This document shows, piece by piece, positions 38,865-48,220 of a stretch of 64,000 nt of DNA. The position numbers were made by a program, and so were the translations under genes. This stretch comes from Gemmatimonadota bacterium. Lineage in GTDB: Bacteria > Gemmatimonadota > Gemmatimonadetes > Gemmatimonadales > GWC2-71-9. The stretch's first letter is position 1; the number at the start of each line of letters is the position of its first letter. The notes below the pieces were generated by a model. That model was given only the letters and a program-made list of their open reading frames with translations. It ran no database searches and was not told the origin of the DNA. The DNA is taken from NCBI GenBank assembly GCA_003222055.1, contig QHUT01000060.1, positions 9,662 through 73,661 on the forward strand, read 5' to 3'.

Positions 38865-39728
38865 TCACCCCGCCCGGGACACGCGAGTCACGTTCGGTCC
38901 TTGGTCCCACAGGCCCGCATTGAGTGGGCAGAACGCGCGCAGGGTGTCCCGGTACGGGATGATCAAGAGATCGACGTAGCGCTCGAGCGCCACGTCGAAG
39001 GGAAAGCGGCGGCGGAACTCGCCGGCAGTGACGCCGAGCATCGCCTTCAAGTGGCGCCCCAGGCTCTGCGGCGACGAGTAATCGAGCCGATACGCCACGT
39101 CGCTCACCGACAACCCGGGGTTGCCGAACAGATACGCCGCGTGCACGAGCCGCATGCCGGCCAGGTAGGTTTTCGGAGACGGGAGGCTCTCCCGGTAGAA
39201 GCGAGACATGAGCGTGCTCGGGCAGATGCGGAGATGGCGCGCCAGTCGGCGCACGGTGGCGACCACCGGCGCCAGCCGCGCGATCGCCTCGAAGAAGGCG
39301 CGCACGTCGCCCGTCGCCTCGGCGAGCGCCGGCACGACGCGGGCGAGGATGCGCGCCGCCACCGGCGACGCAGGGTGGCCGACGAGATCGCGCAGGCGCC
39401 GCCACCCCGCCGGCTCCGAGCAGTCCACGGCGGAGCGAATGCCGGTGGCGCCCAGACGCAACAGCGTCTCGGAGGCATCGCGATCGTGGCGCGACACGAG
39501 GGCCACCGCGGGGATCGCCGGGAACTCGCGCACGAAACGGGCGACCGCCGGCAGCTCCTCGCCACGGCACGCATGTACCGAGAGGACCAGCGCGTCCACT
39601 CGTTTCCGCCGCGCGGCGCGCAACGCATCGCGCAACGACGCGGCGTGGAACGTCGCGAAGCAGCCGTCCGCGGCGGCGTCGAGGCGGGGCCGCTCGGGCG
39701 GCGGCAGGACGGTACACACGGTCACCAT
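38865..39728 (-). CDS. AraC family transcriptional regulator with receiver-like N-terminal domain
   Basis: The C-terminal AraC HTH reads LSVSDVAYRLDYSSPQSLGRHLKAMLGVTAGEFRR. The N-terminal ~120 aa look like a CheY-like or pseudo-receiver domain. Confidence 0.8.
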   Translation of the reverse strand: MVTVCTVLPPPERPRLDAAADGCFATFHAASLRDALRAARRKRVDALVLSVHACRGEELPAVARFVREFPAIPAVALVSRHDRDASETLLRLGATGIRSAVDCSEPAGWRRLRDLVGHPASPVAARILARVVPALAEATGDVRAFFEAIARLAPVVATVRRLARHLRICPSTLMSRFYRESLPSPKTYLAGMRLVHAAYLFGNPGLSVSDVAYRLDYSSPQSLGRHLKAMLGVTAGEFRRRFPFDVALERYVDLLIIPYRDTLRAFCPLNAGLWDQGPNVTRVSRAG

Positions 39729-39745
39729 GCGGGCACGACGCTAAC

Positions 39746-40711
39746 ATGGACCGGTCAACGTCGGCTCAAGCCGGGTCGGGGCAGGGGGGCACGGGCCCCG
39801 ATGCACGCGGCGCCGCCTCAACCCTCGGTCAACGGGCGGCCCTCGCCGAGCGGCTGCAGCGTCACGTGCTCGCGCTCGAAGGCGTGCGGCACCCCGTCGC
39901 GGCGCCGGAGCGCCACCGCGCGGCCCGCGACTACATCGCGCGCGAGCTCGCCGCGCTCGGCCTCGGCGTTGAGCTCGCCCCGTTCTCGTTCCGGCGAGGC
40001 ACCTATCACAACGTGGTGGGCGTCGTCCCCGGCCGCGACCCGCGCCGTCCCCGTCTGGTGGTGGGAGCCCATTTCGACTCGACGCCGCACACGCCCGGGG
40101 CGGACGACAACGCCAGCGGCGTCGCCGCGCTCGTGGAGTGCGCCCGGCTCGTGGCCGAGCAGACGCCGCGCGCGGGCGTCGAATTCGTGGGCTTTGACCT
40201 GGAGGAGCTCCAGACCATCACCGGCCGCTACCGCGTCGGGAGTCACGCGTTCGCCCGCGCGAAGCGGGCACGGGGCGACGAGCTCGCCGGGGCCCTGATC
40301 CTCGAGATGGTCGGCTACCGCGACCCCGCGCCCGGCGCGCAGACCGTCCCACCGCTCCTCGGGATCGACGTCCCGCGCACGGGCGACTTCCTCGCCGCCG
40401 TGGGCGACGGGCGCTCGCGGGAGCTGCTCGATGGATTCGTCGCGGCAGCCCGGGCCGCCGCGCCCGAGCTGCCGCTCGTTCCTTACTGCACGCGACTCTG
40501 CGGCTGGCTCATGCCGCTCACCCGGTTGTCTGATAACGCATCCTTCTGGGATGCCCGCTACCCATCGCTCATGCTCACCGATACCGCGTTCCTCCGGAAC
40601 CCACACTACCACCAGCAACGCGACACCAGCGCGACACTGGACTACGAGTTCATGGCCCTGGTGACGGAGGCGACGGCAGGCGCCGTGATGCACGCGACGG
40701 ATGCCACCTGA
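39746..40711 (+). CDS. M28 family zinc peptidase
   Basis: Metal-ligand contexts VVGAHFDS, GADDNASGVAALVE and LEMVG are present. Confidence 0.8.
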   Translation: MDRSTSAQAGSGQGGTGPDARGAASTLGQRAALAERLQRHVLALEGVRHPVAAPERHRAARDYIARELAALGLGVELAPFSFRRGTYHNVVGVVPGRDPRRPRLVVGAHFDSTPHTPGADDNASGVAALVECARLVAEQTPRAGVEFVGFDLEELQTITGRYRVGSHAFARAKRARGDELAGALILEMVGYRDPAPGAQTVPPLLGIDVPRTGDFLAAVGDGRSRELLDGFVAAARAAAPELPLVPYCTRLCGWLMPLTRLSDNASFWDARYPSLMLTDTAFLRNPHYHQQRDTSATLDYEFMALVTEATAGAVMHATDAT

Positions 40712-41069
40712 CCGCCTTCCCCCGCTCACGGCCACAGGTCCGCGCCGGGCGCGACGAGTCGCTTTGCTGCTCGCCGGCGTGACGCTCGCCCTGGTGGCCG
40801 GCGGCGGGTGGTGGTTCGGGCGATTCGCGTCGCATCTAGGGCGCGATCCCGGTGTGGTCTACCGTGATCCGACCACGCTCGACGCGCTGCTCAAGCGGGC
40901 GGGCGACGCCGAGCGTGCAGGCGACCGCGCCACGGCCATCACGACCTACCGTTTCGTCGCGTCCGTCGGCGACGGGGCGGGGGCCGAGTGGGCGCCGTAC
41001 GCCGCCGCCGCGCGGACAGCGCTCAAGCGCCTAGGAGTCGCCGATACACTTCCAGGTCCGCCGCGCTGA
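40701..41069 (+). CDS. Hypothetical membrane-anchored protein
   Basis: 122 aa with one TM helix ([20 protein letters not shown]) and a helical tail. Its start overlaps the end of the M28 gene. Its 3' end overlaps the convergent macro-domain gene by 47 nt, which lowers confidence. Confidence 0.4.
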   Translation: MPPDRLPPLTATGPRRARRVALLLAGVTLALVAGGGWWFGRFASHLGRDPGVVYRDPTTLDALLKRAGDAERAGDRATAITTYRFVASVGDGAGAEWAPYAAAARTALKRLGVADTLPGPPR

Positions 41070-41529
41070 AGCACACGAACCGCACCAGCTCGACCGGACC
41101 CGGCTCGCGCAGCTCCCGACGCACTGCCTCCACGGCGACGCTCGCCGCCTGCTCCATGGGATAGCGATAGGCGCCCGTGCTGATGGACGGGAATGCGACC
41201 GACGCAAGGCCGTGGCCGCGGGCGAGCCGGAGCGCGTGCTCATAGCAACCGCGCAGCAGCTCCGGCTCACCGCGCCCGCCGCCACTCCAGACGGGCCCCA
41301 CCGTGTGGATCACGTAGCGCGCCGGCAGCCGGTACCCTCGCGTGATGCGTGCCTCCCCGGTGGGGCAGCCGCCAATCTGGCGGCATTCCTCCAGGAGCTC
41401 GGGCCCTGCGGCGCGGTGAATCGCACCATCCACGCCGCCTCCGCCCAGCAGGGTGGTGTTCGCGGCGTTGACGATCGCGTCCACCGCCTGTCGGGTGATG
41501 TCTCCCTGGACCGCCTCGAGCCTGGGCAT
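41023..41529 (-). CDS. Macro domain protein (O-acetyl-ADP-ribose deacetylase, YmdB-like)
   Basis: [35 protein letters not shown] and [15 protein letters not shown] are present. Confidence 0.9.
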   Translation of the reverse strand: MPRLEAVQGDITRQAVDAIVNAANTTLLGGGGVDGAIHRAAGPELLEECRQIGGCPTGEARITRGYRLPARYVIHTVGPVWSGGGRGEPELLRGCYEHALRLARGHGLASVAFPSISTGAYRYPMEQAASVAVEAVRRELREPGPVELVRFVCFSAADLEVYRRLLGA

Positions 41530-41621
41530 TCGGGGGCAATCTAGCGCGCGCCCGCAGGGCCCGTATTGTTAGCGCACCCACAGCCGGTGCGTGCGGCGTC
41601 GGGGGAAGGGGACGGTACGCC

Positions 41622-42470
41622 ATGACGGGACGCGACCTGATCGAGCGGGTCCGCAAGGCCCTGCGCGATCGCTACACCGTGATCGCAGCGGTGGGCCGGG
41701 GCGGTAACGCGTGCATCTTCTCGGGTCGGGATGCGAGCGGCGCCGACGTGGCCATCAAAGTGCTGCATCCCGAGCTGGTCGTTTCGGTCGCCGCCGACCG
41801 CTTCCTGCGTGAAATCCGCTACGCCTCGCAGCTCAACCACCCGCACATCGCCCGCGTGATCGACAGCGGAGAGGCGGACTATCTCCTCTGGTACGTGATG
41901 CCGTATGTAGCCGGCGACAATCTGCGCCAGGCGCTGCGCCGGGAGCCCCGGCTCCGCGTCCCGGACGTCGGGCGGGTCGCCGTGGAAGTGCTGGGCGCGC
42001 TCGAGCACGCGCACGCGCACGGCATCGCGCACCGCGACATCAAGCCCGACAACATCGTGCTCTCGCCCACGGGCGCGGTTCTCATCGACCTGGGGATCGC
42101 GCGCGCGATCGCGAGCTCGGGCGACGACCGTGTGACCCGGAGCGGATTTGTGGTCGGCACCGAGGAATACATGAGCCCGGAGCAGGCCGAGGGCGCCCCG
42201 GACGTGGACGGGCGCACCGACCTGTATTCGCTCGGCGTGGTGCTGTTCGAGTGCCTGGCGGGCCGGCCGCCGTTCTCTTCGGCCAGCGCCGCGGCCGTGC
42301 TGGACATGCATCAGCACCGGCCCGCCCCCGACGTGCGCAGCATCCGGCGCGACGTGCCCAAGGAGCTCGCCGCCGTGCTGGCGCGCGCGCTCGTCAAGCC
42401 GCGTGCCGAGCGCTGGCAACGGGCGCGCGACATGCGCGACGCGCTGGCCTCGTTCGTCGCCGCCGGGTGA
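41622..42470 (+). CDS. Ser/Thr protein kinase (kinase domain only)
   Basis: GRGGNACIF, AIKVL, HRDIKPDNI, DLGIA (a DFG variant) and MSPEQA are present. 282 aa with no extra domains. Confidence 0.88.
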   Translation: MTGRDLIERVRKALRDRYTVIAAVGRGGNACIFSGRDASGADVAIKVLHPELVVSVAADRFLREIRYASQLNHPHIARVIDSGEADYLLWYVMPYVAGDNLRQALRREPRLRVPDVGRVAVEVLGALEHAHAHGIAHRDIKPDNIVLSPTGAVLIDLGIARAIASSGDDRVTRSGFVVGTEEYMSPEQAEGAPDVDGRTDLYSLGVVLFECLAGRPPFSSASAAAVLDMHQHRPAPDVRSIRRDVPKELAAVLARALVKPRAERWQRARDMRDALASFVAAG

Positions 42471-42509
42471 CAGCTGGCCCGGGCGCGCCGCGCCCGCTAC
42501 ACTGACGCG

Positions 42510-44522
42510 ATGCGATCCGGTTGTCTCACCGTCGTGCTCCTCCTGTCCGCCTGCCAACCCCAGGCGCGGCGCCTTCTAGTGCTCGATCTCGCCCTGTCGG
42601 AGCCCGCCCTGTTGAACGGCACCGTCCAGCCTTGGCGCGACGAAGGGTACCACGTCGAATACCGCCGGTTCTATCCGCACCTGGCGCGTGCCGATCTCGA
42701 CCGCTATCGGGTGCTCCTGTTCCTGCTGGGCCGCGAGCCCGAGGCGCCGTCCGACGCGATCACGGCCGGCGACCTCGCGCTGCTCACCGAGTGGGTGTTG
42801 CGCGGCGGCGTGGCCGTGCTGGGCTATGATGCCGACGGCGAAGGGTACCTCGACCGCTGGACCGCGAACCGCTGGCTCGAGTTCTTGGGGACGGGGATTT
42901 CGATCGGCGACCGACTGCTGGAAGACACGACCGTCCGGGCGCTGACGACCACCGGCCGGCCGCAACCCTGGGTGGAGGCGCGCACCGTCGGCGACGAGCC
43001 GCTGGGCTCGCCGCTCGGCGAAGTGTACGAGGCCTTCCCGCTGGACCGGAATAACGTCGTCACGGTGAGCGATCATGCGGCGCTCCTCGCCGTGACGTCA
43101 CGCCACGCCTTCGTGCGCGCGCCGCGCCCCCCTCGCACCCCGTCGCCCCGCGGCGCCGCCGGCGTCGTGGCCGCGGCGCGCGTTGGGGACGGGCTGGTGC
43201 TCGTCATCAGCCGCCACGCCCTCGGAGCCCTCGGCCCCCAGTTCCGGCCGACGACCGCCCCGCTCCAGCAACCCGACGCCCTCCAACGCACGCGGGGGTT
43301 CCTCACCGCGCTGGCACGCTGGACGCGCCGGCCGGCGGAGTGGGCGCACGTCCCCCCCGCGGCGCGCGGCGTGCCGGTCGCGCTGCAGCAGGCGCCCGTC
43401 CCGGTCGAGCTTGTCCCCCCGCCACTCCTGCCGCCGGTCGGTGTGGATACGATCGCCCTTCCGCTCATCGCCGATCCCAAACTCAACCGCGCAACCAGCG
43501 TTCCCGAGTGGCTGCGCCAGCAGGGGATGCGGGTCCTCTGGGCACCGCTCCTCCCCGCGCGCGACGGGCACCACGTCGTGCGGCCGGGAGCCTCGCTCGA
43601 TTCGCTCGTCACGCTGCTCGACGTCGGCGGGTTCAATCTCCTGGGCGGCGACGCCGACCCCGCGGGGGCGGACTCGCTGCACGCGCGCTGGGAGGAGCGC
43701 GACGCCGTGCGGCGTGCCTGGGCCGCCGCCGTGGGCCGGCTCGAGCCGACCAGCGTCGCGTGGATACCCGTGCTCGATTACGGGCACGCACGCCGCACTC
43801 CCGCCGACTCGTCACGCGGGACACGAGGCGAGGGGCTCGCGGCGCCGTGCGCACTCGATTCGGTGCTCTGGGCGGAGGGGCTCTCCGGCGCGTACGGTGC
43901 CCTCGGCCGGCTGGCCGCGGAGCAGCGCACGCTGGTCATCGCCCTCGGCCTGGACATCGACGGCCCGCGCGGCTACTCGATGGGCCAGGAGTTCTGCGAC
44001 GCGGCGTGGCGGCGCGGGATCGCCGGCTTCGGCACCGGGGCGAGGCTGGACTCGCTGCCCCCCGGGGCCCGCTACGCGGCGCTGCGGGAGGCCGGCCTGC
44101 TGTCTCGCTACTACCGCGCCCTCGAGGACGAGATCGCCGCGCGGGCGGCGGCCTTGCGCGACCGGATCTTGAAAGAGCGGCGGGATGTCTATTTCGCGTT
44201 CCGGCTGCCCCAGCCGCCGGCCGACTGGTTCACGCTGGGCCTGTTGCGCGGGTTCGGGCTGCCCGACCGGCCGCTGCTCTTGTTCACACCCGAGCTGCGC
44301 ACGCGTCAGCTGCTGTCGCTGTACCGCACCGGCGGCCTGAACCTCGCCCACGCGGTGGCCCTGCCTCCGGCCTCCCTGGCGGCGCGCGACTGGACCAGCC
44401 TGAGGCACCTGGTGTTCGAGGAGAACGACGGCTTCTGGCTGGCCGCCGACGAGGCGCCCAGCCTCGGCAAGCGCGTGTCGCTCGACAGCTTGGGCCGTCT
44501 GCTGCGGCGGCTCGCGCGGTAG
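42510..44522 (+). CDS. Large lipoprotein of unknown function
   Basis: 670 aa with the lipobox VVLLLSAC. I recognised no family motif. Confidence 0.7.
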   Translation: MRSGCLTVVLLLSACQPQARRLLVLDLALSEPALLNGTVQPWRDEGYHVEYRRFYPHLARADLDRYRVLLFLLGREPEAPSDAITAGDLALLTEWVLRGGVAVLGYDADGEGYLDRWTANRWLEFLGTGISIGDRLLEDTTVRALTTTGRPQPWVEARTVGDEPLGSPLGEVYEAFPLDRNNVVTVSDHAALLAVTSRHAFVRAPRPPRTPSPRGAAGVVAAARVGDGLVLVISRHALGALGPQFRPTTAPLQQPDALQRTRGFLTALARWTRRPAEWAHVPPAARGVPVALQQAPVPVELVPPPLLPPVGVDTIALPLIADPKLNRATSVPEWLRQQGMRVLWAPLLPARDGHHVVRPGASLDSLVTLLDVGGFNLLGGDADPAGADSLHARWEERDAVRRAWAAAVGRLEPTSVAWIPVLDYGHARRTPADSSRGTRGEGLAAPCALDSVLWAEGLSGAYGALGRLAAEQRTLVIALGLDIDGPRGYSMGQEFCDAAWRRGIAGFGTGARLDSLPPGARYAALREAGLLSRYYRALEDEIAARAAALRDRILKERRDVYFAFRLPQPPADWFTLGLLRGFGLPDRPLLLFTPELRTRQLLSLYRTGGLNLAHAVALPPASLAARDWTSLRHLVFEENDGFWLAADEAPSLGKRVSLDSLGRLLRRLAR

Positions 44523-44561
44523 CCTTGCCCTGACCCTTCCACAGCCCGTAGTTTTGGTGCT

Positions 44562-44938
44562 GGGTGGCGGTAGGGCGTGATGGTCGCGGCATGTCGGCTG
44601 GAGTGGCGTGCCGAGGAAAGTCCGAGCTCCACAGGGCAGACTGCCAGGTAACTCCTGGGCGCCGCGAGGCGACGGAAAGGGCCACAGAGAACAGACCGCC
44701 CTTTATCCAAGGGTAAGGGTGAAACGGTGGGGTAAGAGCCCACCGCGCGCCTGGCAACAGGCGTGGCACGGTAACCCCCAGTCGGAGCAAGGCCAAGTAA
44801 GCAGCGAGACCCGGCCCGGGTCGCTTGAGCTGCGGGTAGGCCGCGTGAGGTGGCTGGCGACAGCCGCCCCAGAGAGATGACCATCTGCCCCGCTACGGCG
44901 GGCAAACAGAACTCGGCTTATGGCCCTACCGCCCTCCT
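44562..44938 (+). ncRNA. rnpB: RNase P RNA, bacterial type A
   Basis: Conserved blocks GAGGAAAGTCCGAGCTCCACAGGGCA, GGGTGAAACGGTGGGGTAAGAGCCCACC and ACAGAACTCGGCTTAT are present. P1 pairing joins GGCGGTAGGGC (5') with GCCCTACCGCC (3'). The ends are approximate. Confidence 0.92.
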
Positions 44939-44942
44939 CCCT

Positions 44943-45152
44943 ATGAGTTCGCCTTCGAGGCCCTACCCGGCGCAATGGGAGCAGGTGGCGGACCTGCGCG
45001 TGTTCCGGACCACCAGCCAAGAGTGGGAGAAGCTCATCGGATGGCGCGCCGACATGCGCAAACGCGGGTGGAAGCTGCTGCGCGTCGCGAGTGAAGGCAG
45101 CGAGATGGTCGCGGTGTTCGGCCGCACCAAGGGCGAGCGCGCCTCGCCATGA
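44943..45152 (+). CDS. Small hypothetical protein (69 aa)
   Basis: MSSPSRPYPAQWEQVADLRVF... It has an ATGA overlap with the next gene. Confidence 0.5.
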   Translation: MSSPSRPYPAQWEQVADLRVFRTTSQEWEKLIGWRADMRKRGWKLLRVASEGSEMVAVFGRTKGERASP

Positions 45153-46027
45153 CGCCCCGGCTGTTGCTCGTGGTCACCGCGCTCGCCGGCGGTTGCGCCT
45201 CGGGCAGGGCCGGAACGGTGGTGGCCACATCGCCTGCGGCGCCGGCCCAGCCCCCTGCGATGCCCACGACGCCCCCATCGCCGCCGCCCACGAGCGTGCA
45301 CTACGGGCCGGGAGCGCTCCGCTATCTGCTGCATCGGCAGCTGCACATCCAGCAGACCTTGGGCGACCACGTGCAAGCGCAGAGCCTCGGCGCCCGGATC
45401 TTCGTCACCATGGCGATCACCGGCCCCGCAGACAGCGTGGGTTACCCGACGACCTTCAGCATCGATTCGATCGTGGCCGACTCCGGCACGCCCGCGCCCG
45501 TCGCGGACAACATCGTCAAGGTGCGGAAGCTGGTGTTCGCGGGTCGCGTGGCGCGGCGCGGCGAGTTTGTGAACGTCGTGCCGTCCGACAGCGCGCTCGC
45601 CCAGTCCGTGGCCCAGCTGCTCGGCAACTTCCGGGATTTCCTGCCGCGTCTGCCGGCGGACGGCGTGAAGCCCGGCGCAGCGTGGACGGACACGGTGGAG
45701 ACCACGCAAAAGGGCAGCGACGCCACGAGCTCCCGGCGCGCGACCATACACGCGACTGCGACGCCGTGGGAGCGCGCGGGCGTGTCCGGTCTGCGCGTGG
45801 AGACCAGCCAGACCTACCACGTCACCGGGAGTGGAAAGAACGCGGGTCAACCCTACGAGCTGTCCGGCGACGGGACTGCCACCGGGACCGCCTTCCTCGC
45901 CGCCGACGGCCGGTACATGGCCGGCGAGGTGCGTGATTCGACGGCCCTCACCATCCGTCTGCCGGTGCAGGGCGTCTCAGTGCCCGTGATCCAGGTCGCC
46001 CAGACCGCGATCTCGGTGCTGCCGTAG
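45149..46027 (+). CDS. Hypothetical lipoprotein
   Basis: The lipobox is LLLVVTALAGGC, followed by a Pro-rich linker. No recognisable family. Confidence 0.65.
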   Translation: MTPRLLLVVTALAGGCASGRAGTVVATSPAAPAQPPAMPTTPPSPPPTSVHYGPGALRYLLHRQLHIQQTLGDHVQAQSLGARIFVTMAITGPADSVGYPTTFSIDSIVADSGTPAPVADNIVKVRKLVFAGRVARRGEFVNVVPSDSALAQSVAQLLGNFRDFLPRLPADGVKPGAAWTDTVETTQKGSDATSSRRATIHATATPWERAGVSGLRVETSQTYHVTGSGKNAGQPYELSGDGTATGTAFLAADGRYMAGEVRDSTALTIRLPVQGVSVPVIQVAQTAISVLP

Positions 46028-46896
46028 TGGGCGGGCCGGAGGACCTTCAAGGCCTCCGCCGCGGTCGCCGGCGGACAGTCGGACTGTCGCTGCTGCAGGT
46101 CGTGGTTCCCGCCGTCGTCGCGGCCCAGGTCGTGCCGAATCGGGCCACGCTCTACCTGTATCCGAGCGACGTAACCGACGCGCGCGCGGTGTGGGTGAAC
46201 CCCGCAGGGTCCGGGCGCTTCGAGGAGGCATCGCTCAATCTCGACCTCACGGTGGGGGACCCCGGGGCGGCCGGCCGCCTGCGACAGCTCACGCTGGGAC
46301 TGAGCTCACGCGGGTTGTCGTTCGGCTATCAGCGCGATGTGTTCGACCCCGGCGGGCGGGGCCACACGTATCGCATCGGCTACGCCGCCGGACGCGCGGG
46401 CCTGGCGGTCGGGTTCGCCACGGCTCTGTACCGCGGCGGTACGTCGAGCAGCGGTTGGGACCTGGGGATCCTGTACGACTGGAGGCCGTCGTTGTCCCTG
46501 GGTGGCGTGATCGAGAACGTCGGGCGCCCCAGCGTGCGGGGCACGACGCTCCCCGTCACCTACGTGCCGAGCGCGACGCTGCGGCTGTTCGAGGCGCGCG
46601 CAGCAGTCTCGGCCGACGGCCGGTTCACCTCGGCGGGCGTGCTGGGCTATGCCTTCGGCCTGCGGGCCAGCCTGGGAGCAACCACCCGTGCCCCCGTGGG
46701 ACTGCTCGCGCGCCTCGACACCGACGGCGCGCTCAGGCGCGCCGGACTCGCCTTCGGGGTCTCGCTCGGATCGCAGGACCTGGCCGGCCTAGTGGCCACG
46801 GCACCCAGTGACGCCGGGGGGATCGACGCGCTCGACTTGTACGGCGTCTCCACCCGGCGCTTCGCCCCGTCCCGGCGGGGGGCCGTCAGGGACTGA
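46027..46896 (+). CDS. Hypothetical secreted protein, possibly an outer-membrane beta-barrel
   Basis: A GTG start overlaps the upstream stop. The N-terminus is Arg-rich and signal-like. Alternating hydrophobic beta-strand patterns are present (GLSFGYQRD, YRIGYAAG, LAVGFATALYR, LGILYDW). Confidence 0.5.
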   Translation: MGGPEDLQGLRRGRRRTVGLSLLQVVVPAVVAAQVVPNRATLYLYPSDVTDARAVWVNPAGSGRFEEASLNLDLTVGDPGAAGRLRQLTLGLSSRGLSFGYQRDVFDPGGRGHTYRIGYAAGRAGLAVGFATALYRGGTSSSGWDLGILYDWRPSLSLGGVIENVGRPSVRGTTLPVTYVPSATLRLFEARAAVSADGRFTSAGVLGYAFGLRASLGATTRAPVGLLARLDTDGALRRAGLAFGVSLGSQDLAGLVATAPSDAGGIDALDLYGVSTRRFAPSRRGAVRD

Positions 46897-48220
46897 GCCG
46901 GAGCTGCCGCAGGCGGGGCGACATCTCGTAGACGTCGCGGATCGACAGGCTGCGAAACGCCGTGTCCTCCCGCGCCCGCTGCACGCTGAGGATCATCCGG
47001 AACGCGAGCCCGTCGCGCAGGCTCAGCCGGTAGCGCGCGCGCACGCTGTCCCGGGGATACACCCGCACGCGGTGGGGCGTCACGATGCTCACGACCCGGC
47101 GTGCCACCAGCAGCACCGTCGTATCCTCGACGCCGCTAGGCGCGAACACGTACAGCGCCACGTCGCCGGGCGGCAGGGCCCGCTGGCGCCGCAGCGCCTG
47201 TGTCACGCTGTCGGGCACCGGAGCGCTTACGGAGAGGCGAGGCGCCCCCGAGAGGACGACAAACGCCACGAACCCCAGACCGGCCAGCGCACCCAGACCC
47301 ACGACCGCCCGCGCCATTCCGGCCGCGAGGCCGCGTCCCGCGCGCAGGCCGTCGCGCGCGGCGCCCGGCAGCGCGGCGATCAGCGCCTGGCTCAGCTCTT
47401 CCGCCGTCTGGTAGCGGTCGGCGGGATCCTTGGCGAGCATCCGCTCGATCACGCCGGCGAGGGCCGCCGGCACGTCGCCGCGCAGCTCGCGGATCGGCAC
47501 CGGGTCGACCGTCGCCTGCTTCATGAGCACCGACTGGGCCGATTCGCCCTCGAACGGCGGCGCGCCGGCGAGCATCTGGTACAGCACCACGCCGAGGGCG
47601 TAGATGTCCGAGCGCCCGTCCACCCGCTCGCCCGTCGCCTGCTCCGGGCTCATGTAGTGCGGCGTCCCGACCACCATGCCTTCGGTCGTGAGCTGGCTGG
47701 CCGAGGCTTCCTGCGCTGCCTTGGCGATGCCGAAGTCGGTGACGAGCGCGTGACCGGAGCCGTCGAGCAGCACGTTGTCGGGCTTCACGTCGCGGTGCAC
47801 GATACCGCGGCCGTGCGCGTAGGCCAGGGCGTCCGCGACCTGGCGCGCGATCCGGGCGGCGTCGACCACGGAGAGCCGCTGATCCCGCTCGAGTAGCTGC
47901 CGCACCGACGGGCCGTCGACGCAGCGCATGACGATGTAGAGAACTTCGTTCTTGTAGCCGCCGACCTTGTAGATCGGCACGATGTGCGGGTGCTCGAGCT
48001 GCCCGCTGGTGCGCGCCTCGCGCACGAAGCGTTCCGCCAGCCCCGGCGACGGCATCAGGCCCAGGTCGAGCACCTTTACCGCGACGTCCCGGTCCTGCGC
48101 CTTGTCGCGCACGCGGAACACGGCGGCGAAACCGCCTTCGCCGAGCAGATCCCCGACGCTAAATTCCTTGCCGAGCGCTTTTTGGAGGCGACGACGCAGT
48201 GTGGCGAGATCGAGCGACAT
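46886..48220 (-). CDS. Ser/Thr protein kinase with TM helix and ~130-aa C-terminal extracytoplasmic domain
   Basis: GEGGFAAVF, AVKVL, HRDVKPDNV, DFGIA and MSPEQA are present, followed by a TM helix (VVGLGALAGLGFVAFVVL). Confidence 0.88.
   Translation of the reverse strand: MSLDLATLRRRLQKALGKEFSVGDLLGEGGFAAVFRVRDKAQDRDVAVKVLDLGLMPSPGLAERFVREARTSGQLEHPHIVPIYKVGGYKNEVLYIVMRCVDGPSVRQLLERDQRLSVVDAARIARQVADALAYAHGRGIVHRDVKPDNVLLDGSGHALVTDFGIAKAAQEASASQLTTEGMVVGTPHYMSPEQATGERVDGRSDIYALGVVLYQMLAGAPPFEGESAQSVLMKQATVDPVPIRELRGDVPAALAGVIERMLAKDPADRYQTAEELSQALIAALPGAARDGLRAGRGLAAGMARAVVGLGALAGLGFVAFVVLSGAPRLSVSAPVPDSVTQALRRQRALPPGDVALYVFAPSGVEDTTVLLVARRVVSIVTPHRVRVYPRDSVRARYRLSLRDGLAFRMILSVQRAREDTAFRSLSIRDVYEMSPRLRQLRLSP

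Noticed and set aside
44284-44905. ORFs of 170 and 199 aa (minus strand) and 90 aa (plus strand) over 44284..44905.
   Set aside because: The region is the RNase P RNA, with conserved type A core sequences and P1 pairing. The ORFs are coincidental.
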